This document shows, in pieces, positions 1-8,000 of a DNA stretch of 28,887 nt (its first letter is position 1; each line of letters begins with the position of its first letter). This DNA is from Deltaproteobacteria bacterium (GTDB lineage Bacteria; Desulfobacterota; Binatia; UBA12015), in contig JAYGCM010000043.1 of NCBI GenBank assembly GCA_046583355.1, positions 1 through 28,887 of the forward strand. The letters are read 5' to 3'. A program made the position numbers and the translations under genes. The notes below the pieces were generated by a model. It had not been told where the DNA came from. It made no database searches and saw only the letters and a program-made list of their open reading frames with translations.

Positions 1-5
1 CGGAT

Positions 6-1295
6 ATGCCTGCCGCAGAGAAATCGGATTTCGCCCCTACCCCGCGCTACTCGGCCTACGTACTCGGCGTGCTGGTTGCTGCCTATGTGCTGAATTTCGT
101 CGACCGGCAGGTGCTCGCGCTGGTGGCCGAAGACGTCAAACTCGAGATGGGTCTCACGGACTCACAGCTGGGTTGGCTGCTCGGCCCGGCCTTCGTCATT
201 TTCTATACGATCACCGGGCTGCCGCTGGCCCGTCTCGCCGACCGGACGTCGCGCAAAACCGTGGTCGCCGTCGGCCTGGCCGTCTGGAGCGGCATGACCG
301 CGCTTTGCGGCGCGGCGGGAAACTTCAGCCAGCTTCTACTGGCGCGCTTCGGCGTCGGCATTGGTGAGGCTGCGGGCACACCGCCCTCGCATTCGCTGAT
401 CTCGGATTATTTCCCGCCCGAGCGGCGCGCCACCGCATTGGGGATTTATGGTTGGGGCATCTTCATCGGCACCGGCTTCGGTTTCGTGTTCGGCGGAATC
501 CTGCTTGAAGCCTTCAATTGGCGCGTCGCCTTCTACCTCGCGGGCCTGGTCGGCCTGCCGGTTGCCCTGCTTCTCGCCTTCACCGTCAAGGAGCCTCCAG
601 CGGGCGTATCCGATGGCTCGATCCAGGAGGATGTGCCGAGCATCCGCGAGGTCATGCGGACGCTATTCGCGCGCGCTTCCTTTCCCATGTTGATGGTCGC
701 GGCCGCGTGCCAGGCCTTCCTCGGCTATACCGTGCTTTCCTGGGGAGCCACCTACCTGCGCCGCGTACTTGACCTCTCGGGGCGCGACGCCGGAATTCAA
801 TTCGGCCTTGCCGCCGCGATTGCCGGCGTGATCGGTGTCACCATCGGCGGCGTCCTCGCCGACCGTCTCGCCCAGCGCGACGAGCGCTGGTACGCATGGC
901 TCGGCGCGATCTCCTCGATCACCGCATTACCCTTTGCGCTCGGCTTCGCCTTTGCCGGTAACGCAACCATCGCGATTGCCTTCTTCTGCCCCTTCTATTT
1001 GCTGAACAACCTCTACGTCAGCTCGCTTTGGACGCTGGTGCAGAACCTCGTCGCGCCGCGCATGCGCGGGGTAGCGGCAGCCACTCAGCTCGGCATTCTC
1101 AATATTGTCGGCCTCGGCGCCGGCCCGCTGGTGGCCGGCTATGTGAGCGAAGTCCTCGAGCCCTCCTACGGCCCCGACGGCCTGCGTATCGCGCTCGCCA
1201 TCGCGGCGGTGGTCGGCAGCCTGGCCGCAATCCCCTTTCTTCTCTCCGCACGAACGCTGCGCGCCGACCTCGCCCTCGCCCGTGCCCGCGCGTGA
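6..1295 (+). CDS. MFS transporter, spinster-like family
   Basis: 429 aa with about 12 hydrophobic segments. Carries LNFVDRQ in TM1, MFS motif A-like 'ARLADRTSRK' and the spinster-type 'GIGEAAGTPPSHSLISDYFPPERRATALGIY'. The upstream region lies outside the window. Confidence 0.9.
   Translation: MPAAEKSDFAPTPRYSAYVLGVLVAAYVLNFVDRQVLALVAEDVKLEMGLTDSQLGWLLGPAFVIFYTITGLPLARLADRTSRKTVVAVGLAVWSGMTALCGAAGNFSQLLLARFGVGIGEAAGTPPSHSLISDYFPPERRATALGIYGWGIFIGTGFGFVFGGILLEAFNWRVAFYLAGLVGLPVALLLAFTVKEPPAGVSDGSIQEDVPSIREVMRTLFARASFPMLMVAAACQAFLGYTVLSWGATYLRRVLDLSGRDAGIQFGLAAAIAGVIGVTIGGVLADRLAQRDERWYAWLGAISSITALPFALGFAFAGNATIAIAFFCPFYLLNNLYVSSLWTLVQNLVAPRMRGVAAATQLGILNIVGLGAGPLVAGYVSEVLEPSYGPDGLRIALAIAAVVGSLAAIPFLLSARTLRADLALARARA
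1176..1295 (+). repeat. Direct repeat copy 1: 3' end of the MFS gene
   Basis: The sequence gacggcctgcgtatcgcgctcgccatc...gacctcgccctcgcccgtgcc aligns without gaps to 4087-4197, with 13 mismatches in 111 nt by manual count. Confidence 0.95.
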
Positions 1296-1414
1296 TCGCG
1301 GGAACTCCGGGAACGGTCCCCAGAGAGGGCGAAGAATATACAATCCGCGCGCTTATCACCCTCGCGCCGAACAAGAGTTGATCCGGACACGGGCTACAGG
1401 CGACACTGCGCTAC

Positions 1415-2908
1415 ATGAGCAGAATACGACTGAAGCCGGCTACCCTTGCATCGAGCAACGCCACAGCGGAGCGGCCAGCCTCCGCCGGAAACCCGTCTGC
1501 CACCGGACTCCTGGCTTGGCTCCTTCTCCTGGCTCTTCTTGCCGCCTGCGGTGGCAGTTTCGGTCAGGAACTCAGGGGCGAAACGGTTTTGCATTTCTCC
1601 GGCAAGGTTCCGACCGGCGAGGAACGCTTCTTCTTTCTTCCCTTTGACGTACCGCCGGGCACAGCCGAGATCGAAATCCGCCATGACGATCTCTCGGAGA
1701 AAAATATACTCGATTGGGGAGTAGATGACCCCGCCGGCTTCCGCGGTTGGGGCGGGGGCAATCGTGAGAATGCCATCATCGGACGCGAGGCCGCGAGCGG
1801 CGGCTACCTGCCGGGGCCCCTGCCGGCCGGCAAATGGGAAATCGTCGTCGGCAAGGCGCTCCTCGAGGAAGATCCCGCCCTCTACGAGGTCGAGATCACG
1901 TTGCGCGCGACTGCCACACGGCCAGCGCAGGCTGCACGCTTGCCCTATGTACCGAGCCCGGCCCTCGATACGGTGGGCCGGTGGTATTCCGGCGACTTCC
2001 ATCTGCATTCGCTTGAGAGCGACGGCTCGCAAACGATGGCGCATGTGATTGACTTCGCCGAGTCCCGCGGCCTCGATTTCATCCTCTTCTCCGAACATAA
2101 TACGACCAGCCAGTTGAGCTGGTACGCCGACCTGCAAGCCAAACATGCAGACCTGCTGCTCGTGCCCGGAACGGAATTTACCAGCTACCAGGGGCACGCC
2201 AACGCAATCGGCACGACCGGCTGGATCAACCACCGTATAGGCACCCGCCATGCGACCATCGCAGGCGCGATTGCCGAGGTGCACGCGCAAGGAGGCCTTT
2301 TCTCGATCAACCATCCTCTACTCTTCGTCGGCGACCTCTGTCTCGGCTGCGGCTGGGAGCACGATGTCGATCCGCAATCGATCGATGCCATCGAGATCCG
2401 CAACGCGATCTTCACGGCCACCTCGTTCTGGGAGGAATTATTGGCCGCCGGCTCGCATGCCGCGGCGCTGGGCGGCAGCGACGACCACCACGGCGGTACC
2501 CGCACGAGTGCGCTCGTCACGCCCGTCGGTACGCCAACAACCTGGATCTTCGCCCACGAACTGAGTGTGGCGGCACTCCTGGAAGGCATCCGTGCCGGCC
2601 GTACCTTCGTCCAATTCGCAGGCCCGGACGCGCCGCGCATCGAGTCCACCATGAGCGGGCCGCGCGAGCGCGATACCGTGCGCGCCGAATCGGCGATTTT
2701 GCACGCCCGGGTCGAAAACGGCCGCGGCAAGCTGCTGCGTACGATCCGCAACGGCGCGAGGATCGACGAGGTTCCGATCGACGCCGACCCTTTTGCCTAT
2801 TCGATGGAAATCACCGCACCGATCACCGGCGAAGACCGCTACCGCCACGAAATCATTGGCGGCAGCGAGACCCTTGTCGTCGCCAGCCATATCTGGCTGC
2901 AGCGCTGA
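1415..2908 (+). CDS. PHP-domain metallohydrolase (CehA/McbA family), probable lipoprotein
   Basis: PHP motifs GDFHLHSLESDG, FSEHN, PGTEFT..GHAN, SINHP and GGSDDHH. An N-terminal hydrophobic stretch ends in the lipobox-like LLAA-C. Confidence 0.85.
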   Translation: MSRIRLKPATLASSNATAERPASAGNPSATGLLAWLLLLALLAACGGSFGQELRGETVLHFSGKVPTGEERFFFLPFDVPPGTAEIEIRHDDLSEKNILDWGVDDPAGFRGWGGGNRENAIIGREAASGGYLPGPLPAGKWEIVVGKALLEEDPALYEVEITLRATATRPAQAARLPYVPSPALDTVGRWYSGDFHLHSLESDGSQTMAHVIDFAESRGLDFILFSEHNTTSQLSWYADLQAKHADLLLVPGTEFTSYQGHANAIGTTGWINHRIGTRHATIAGAIAEVHAQGGLFSINHPLLFVGDLCLGCGWEHDVDPQSIDAIEIRNAIFTATSFWEELLAAGSHAAALGGSDDHHGGTRTSALVTPVGTPTTWIFAHELSVAALLEGIRAGRTFVQFAGPDAPRIESTMSGPRERDTVRAESAILHARVENGRGKLLRTIRNGARIDEVPIDADPFAYSMEITAPITGEDRYRHEIIGGSETLVVASHIWLQR

Positions 2909-2997
2909 CGAGCGAAGCCTCGCATCGCGCCGGCCGCGCGGTCAACGCCACCGCGGCTTGCGACGGCAGTGCGGCAAACGATAGAAAACTCCACCCT

Positions 2998-3888
2998 ATG
3001 ACACTGAATCCGTTGCGGGCGTATGCTCACCGGCGTTACCTGGAGCGGCTCCGCAAGGCCTGCTCGGGGCAGCGCATCCTGCTTACAGGCGCCTCTTCGG
3101 GGATCGGCCGAGCCTTCGCATTGCACGCGGGGGCGGCCGGCGGCCGCCTGGTGCTCGTGGCCCGTCGTGGCGAGGAACTCGGTGCTGTCGCCAACGAGGT
3201 GCGCGAGCGGGGCGGCCACGCGAGTGTCCGCGTCGCGGATCTCGGCGACACCGAGCAATGCCGGCAGCTGGCGGCGACGGTGCTTCGTGATGAGGGTTGT
3301 ATCGACATTCTCATCCACAACGCCGGCCTCTCGCTTCGCCGCTCCATCGATGACTTGCGGGCCGGCGATATCGAGCGCCTGGTGGCGATGAACTTTGTCG
3401 GACCCGCCAACCTCACGATGGCGCTCCTTCCCGCCATGCTCGACCAAGGCCGGGGCCACATAGTCCAAGTCTCGACCATCGGCGTTCAGACGGGCGCTCC
3501 CAACTTCGCGGCCTACGTGGCCGCCAAGGCTGCGGCGGACCACTTCGCACGCACCGTGCGGCTCGAATGTCGCCGCCGTGGCGTCGATGTCAGCACCCTG
3601 CACCTGCCGCTTGTGCGCTCACCGATGGCAGCGGCCACGCCGATTTACGATGCCTTCCCTGCACTCGCACTAGAGAGGGCGGCCCGGCGGCTCGGGTGGG
3701 CGGTCGTCAAGCGACCCATCCGCGTGACGCCGCGCTGGAGCCTTGCGGTGGAGATGCTCCAAGTCGCGTCGCCTTCAGCCCTGCAGTGGCTCTTCGACCA
3801 TTGCCACGACCCTCTCCACGACCTGATTGCTCGGCGCGCTCGCTCGCGCCGAACCGAGCTTGAGCATCGCTCCCGACCCGACCTCTGA
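2998..3888 (+). CDS. Short-chain dehydrogenase/reductase, similar to Acr1-type fatty acyl-CoA reductases
   Basis: TGASSGIG Rossmann motif, HNAG, and catalytic YVAAK (YxxxK). Segments 'NAGLSLRRSI', 'STIGVQTGAPNFAAYVAAKAA' and 'LPLVRSPMAAATPIY' resemble the Acinetobacter Acr1 subfamily as I recall it. Confidence 0.85.
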   Translation: MTLNPLRAYAHRRYLERLRKACSGQRILLTGASSGIGRAFALHAGAAGGRLVLVARRGEELGAVANEVRERGGHASVRVADLGDTEQCRQLAATVLRDEGCIDILIHNAGLSLRRSIDDLRAGDIERLVAMNFVGPANLTMALLPAMLDQGRGHIVQVSTIGVQTGAPNFAAYVAAKAAADHFARTVRLECRRRGVDVSTLHLPLVRSPMAAATPIYDAFPALALERAARRLGWAVVKRPIRVTPRWSLAVEMLQVASPSALQWLFDHCHDPLHDLIARRARSRRTELEHRSRPDL

Positions 3889-4086
3889 CGAGACACCGGC
3901 TGGCCGTCGTCGTCACCACCGAATCCACGAGGAAATGTGAGGGCGGCACTGTGCCAGGCTATCCGCTTCCTCCGTGCGTGACCGACGCCTCCCTGGATCT
4001 CCGACGATCGCTTCAGGGCGCATCTTCGTAGGCCGCGGGATAGCCGGGCCGGAATCGCGGAAGAATTGGACCCATGCCGAGGTATC

Positions 4087-4200
4087 GACGGTCTGCGGAT
4101 CGCGCTCGCCATCGCCGCCGTGGTCGGCAGCCTGGCCTCGATCCCCTTTCTGCTCTCCGCACAAACGCTGCGCGCCGACCTCGCGCTTGCTCGCGCATGA
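4087..4200 (+). pseudogene. Direct repeat copy 2: orphan MFS C-terminal fragment (DGLRIALAIAAVVGSLASIPFLLSAQTLRADLALARA*)
   Basis: 35 of 37 aa are identical to MFS residues encoded at 1176-1286. It has its own TGA at 4198-4200 and no start codon. Weak similarity extends about 10 codons upstream (AEELDPCRGIDG vs SEVLEPSYGPDG). Confidence 0.9.
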
Positions 4201-4274
4201 TTGGCGTACTCAATCGATGGCTCACCTGGTGGATCTGCACTCCATCTTGACGTGAAGTCCCTGGAGTTGTTTGT

Positions 4275-4292
4275 GTGTTGCAAATGTGATAC
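4275..4292. promoter_or_regulatory. Putative TA operator: imperfect inverted repeat gtgttgca-aa-tgtgatac
   Basis: Imperfect palindrome ending 10 nt before the antitoxin GTG, where RHH antitoxins usually autorepress. TTGACG lies at about 4248. Confidence 0.4.
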
Positions 4293-4301
4293 GCCGGAAC
4301 C

Positions 4302-4559
4302 GTGAAATCAGCTATCGTACACGCGCGAATGGAGCCGGAGACCAAGCGCAGAGCCGAGTCTGTGCTGCAGAAGCTCGGCATCACCCCCACCGAAGCCATC
4401 CGGATTTTCTATCGGCAGATCTCTCTGCGTGGGGGGCTCCCCTTTGCCGTCGAGATTCCCAATGAACGCACCTCCACGACCCTCGAGCGGAGCCGCCGCG
4501 GCGAGGAGCTCACGGAGTTCGACACCCTCGATGAGATGTTCGAGAGCTGGGAGAAGTGA
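4302..4559 (+). CDS. dinJ: Type II antitoxin, RelB/DinJ family
   Basis: 85 aa. RHH-like N-terminus 'IVHARMEPETKRRAESVLQKLGITPTEAIRIFYRQI..RGGLPF..EIPNERT' and acidic C-terminus. Overlaps the toxin gene by GTGA. Confidence 0.92.
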   Translation: MKSAIVHARMEPETKRRAESVLQKLGITPTEAIRIFYRQISLRGGLPFAVEIPNERTSTTLERSRRGEELTEFDTLDEMFESWEK

Positions 4560-4828
4560 GGCGGGTCTCGCAGACCCGCCAGTTTTCCCGCGACATCAAG
4601 CGTATGAAAAAGCGGGGCAACGATCTCGGCAAGCTCCGCGAGGTCGTCAAGCAACTCGCAGCCGGCGTGAGACTGCATCCCGGACAACGCGATCACGCAC
4701 TTGTCGGTCCGTGGCAGCCGTCACGTGACTGCCATATCGAGCCGGACTGGATCCTGATCTACACAGCCACCGAGGAGACCCTTTGCCTGGAGCGGACAGG
4801 AACGCACAGCGATCTGTTCAGGAAATGA
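4556..4828 (+). CDS. yafQ: Type II toxin, YafQ-family ribosome-dependent mRNA interferase
   Basis: 90 aa with 'QFSRDIKRMKKRG', 'RDHALVGPW', 'RDCHIEPDWILIY' and 'LERTGTHSDLF', which are the hallmark YafQ motifs. Confidence 0.95.
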   Translation: MRRVSQTRQFSRDIKRMKKRGNDLGKLREVVKQLAAGVRLHPGQRDHALVGPWQPSRDCHIEPDWILIYTATEETLCLERTGTHSDLFRK

Positions 4829-5053
4829 AGCCGCCTGGTGGAGGCGAGACCTTCCGCTTTTGTCCTTCAAGCGGTCGGGGCGCGCGCCGCGATGGCGGCG
4901 AGGGACCCCGTTGCCTCAAGTTACCAATTTTCGATAACCTTGGGTAAATTCGGTATATTCTCCGGTGGGAGCCGACGCCCGCCGGAAAGCCTTCGGGCCG
5001 CCCGGGGAAAGGTCGCAGGGCGGAAATATCCTGACCGCCGCCGAACTCACGGC

Positions 5054-8000
5054 TCAGGGGACGGAGGAGACCTTCTCGCAATGCACCGCCGTATCCTTGC
5101 CGCCGCCTCCGATACACGTATCCACGCCCGCATCTTCGAGACCGGAATGTGGTCCGCCTCCACCACCGTCCATACGATCGTTCCCCGAGCCGCCTACGAG
5201 GAGATCCTGGCCATGACCTCCACCGAGGAAATCGTCCCCGGCTCCAGCCTTCAAGCGATCCAGGCCAGGCCCTCCTTGCAGAGTATCGTTGCCTCGTCCG
5301 CCGATCAGGTAATCGTTCCCGGCGCCGCCGTCCAGATGATCATTGCCGTCCTTGCCGATGATTCTGTCGTTGCCGGGCCCGCCATGCAGGAAGTCGTCGG
5401 CCGCGCCGCCAATCAAGGTGTCATCCCCTTCGCCACCCTCCATGGTATCGGATCCGTCGTTGGCTGAGTTGCGGCCGATGAGTTTGTCCCGCCCAGGACC
5501 ACCGTCCAGGAAGTCATCGCCGTCGCCGCCATCGAGGCGGTCCCTATCGTCTCCGCCAAAGAGTGTGTCGCGGCCCTTTTCTCCATAGAGCGAGTCCTTG
5601 CCCGGCCCACCCAGCAGAATGTCGTCACCAGGTCCGCCACGGATTCGGTCCTTGCCAGCGCCGCCGACCAGACAATCATCGCCGCCGAGACCGTCGATCC
5701 TGTCGTTGCCGCCAAGGCCGAAAATCATGTCGTTCTCAGGCGTTCCTCGCAGGCGGTCGTTGCGCGCCGTACCGACAATGACATTCGGCGTCGAGAGGAA
5801 GGGGCAGGCATCCTCGGAATCCGGCACGCCGTCTCCATCATCGTCGTCATCACAGATGTCGCCGATACCATCTTCATCCGAATCTCGCTGATCGTTATTG
5901 GAGAGCAACAGGCAATTGTCATTCTGATCGGCGATACCATCGTTGTCGTCATCGGGATCGCATGCGTCACCGATGCGGTCACCATCTGAATCTTCCTGCA
6001 GCCGATTGGTAATGGTCGGACAATTGTCTTTGAGATCCAACTGTCCGTCATCGTCGCTGTCCTTCGCCCATGCTTCGTCAACAGCGGCTTTGATCACGCC
6101 CGCCAGGGCGGCGCCGATCCCTTCGCTGGCGATGCCTGTCGTGCAGACAAGCGGATCTCCCGCCAGGACCTCATTGTCGCCATCGCCATCACAATCAGCG
6201 CCGCCCGCAGGCGCCAGCGCGCCCGTCGCCCTTGCCATTTGCCGCAGATCGGTGATCCCGCCACCTCCCGAAGAGACACCGATCACCATGGGCGGGTCCA
6301 ATGCCAGGATGGCGGCAACCGTATCGGCAAAACTCGCTCCCGGGTACGGAATTCCTCCCCCGCTTCCCGGATCTCCCGGCAGATGGAAATCCGCATCCGT
6401 GAATAGAATTATGATCTTGACTGCGCCGTTGCGAAAGCTTGCATTCTGGCCTGCCGGAATATCGGCAACCTGGTTGGGTGCCGCGAATATCTGTCCCAGA
6501 CCGGTAGCGCTCTGATAGAGAGCCGTCAGCTGGCTCTCTTGGAAATCCGCACCGTAGCGGACCGAAAGACCCGCGATCGCATTCTTCACGTCGGTTGCAG
6601 TCGCCGTGAGATCCACGAGCTGTTCGTAGGCCTTGTCTCCTGAAGGCGCATCGCCAAAGGGGGCGATCGGATAGTCCTCAAACCGCGCCAGGCCGAAGTG
6701 AATTGCACTGAATTGCGCATCGAGATCATCGATCAAGTCCGGAACTTCGATCTTGAACGTGGGCAGGTCATTCGAATAGCTGCCGGACAGATCGACGAGG
6801 AAATAAACATCGATGAAGGCCGCCGTATCGATGTTGCTCACCGGCAAGGGCATGTCGCGTTTCTGGGCATGAATCCAATTCGCGTAGGTGTGTGAAGACG
6901 CGTAGGTATGAAAGGTCCAGAAGACCGCGGTCCCGGCCGTCGTGACCGAGGAGAGGAAGTCGCCGCCCATATACCCATGAATTCCGTTGTGCCAGCCAGA
7001 TTCTATGGTGCTCCGGATGCTGGAACCAACGCCAGTGCCCACCGCGGTATAATCGGTCGGGAGTGTGCAGGGTCGATCCCCGAAACCGTTTGCCGTCGGG
7101 ATCACGTCGCACTCGAATCGGCCAAGGTTGTCGGCATGCAGGTTCGGATCGTTCGGATCGACGTCAGGTGTATTCGGCACCTCTCCGTTCGAAGGCCACG
7201 GATGGAAACAACCCGGCGTATCAAGAACGCTGTTCACGGAGCCTGCCGGTATGCCCAGATTCCAGCCGACAGGCAGGGGATAATGGAATTGTGGACTACT
7301 GCTTGACGGAGGGTTCTGGTTGAGAAGCCAGATCGGCATCCGACCAAAGGGAAAGGTGACGTTCAGGGGCCAGGCAAGGTAGATCCCCGAATTGTTCTGC
7401 CCGGATTTGAAGAGAACGGTCGTCATATCCTCGATCAGCTCCTTGTGTCCCGTCATGAAAGTCAGGGCATTATGAATGATATTGGCGGAGTGATAGACCA
7501 TCATCCCCGACGGATAATCGTTCACCAGGCTGAGCGGCGGCGCGCTGGAAGCGGGGCGCAATACCGAAATCTCCTCGATGAGCCGCTGCGTCAATAGCTG
7601 GTTTTGAGCGTTGCCCAGATTGTCGATATCGCCACGGAATTTTGCTTGTTCGAAATTGGTGCGGTGATTCTCCATGATTTCGCTCCAATTCCCTGTTGCA
7701 TTGTCGGGAAGGGCGGCGAGTTGAGTCGCGTCCAGAAGTTGCAGGATCGCGCGCGCATCCAGAAGTTCGATCGGGTAGGTCTCGATATCCGACCGATCCT
7801 GGATGACCCAGACGCCCCAGGTATCGTTCTCGATTCGCTTGTCCTCGATCGCATTGCAGGCAGGCGCGCCCGGCGGACAAGTCAGGAGTCGGAGGATGGG
7901 TGCCCGCGGAGCCGTAGTCGGGTGGTTTCGGATCACCAATTCGGCACCTTTGCCCGCTGTATCGTCGATCACCCGGACGTTCAAGACGAAATCAGGCGTG

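Noticed and set aside
4925..4955. Possible dif/Xer site (attttcgataa-ccttgg-gtaaattcggt) next to the TA module
   Set aside because: The left arm is vaguely XerC-like, but the right arm does not match the strongly conserved XerD arm TTATGTTAAAT.
4200..5053. dinJ-yafQ as an integron cassette
   Set aside because: I found no attC-like RYYYAAC...GTTRRRY flanks and no integron integrase in the window.
5080..6065. Periodic DNA repeats as a possible CRISPR array or VNTR
   Set aside because: The periodicity comes from protein-level RTX and TSP3 repeats with degenerate codons. There are no identical repeats separated by unique spacers.
7628..7636. RGD tripeptide in the same protein as the integrin-beta-like domain
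   Set aside because: One RGD in a 1064-aa Gly/Asp-rich protein is unremarkable by chance, and another occurs in the L,D-transpeptidase. There is no evidence that it is exposed or conserved.
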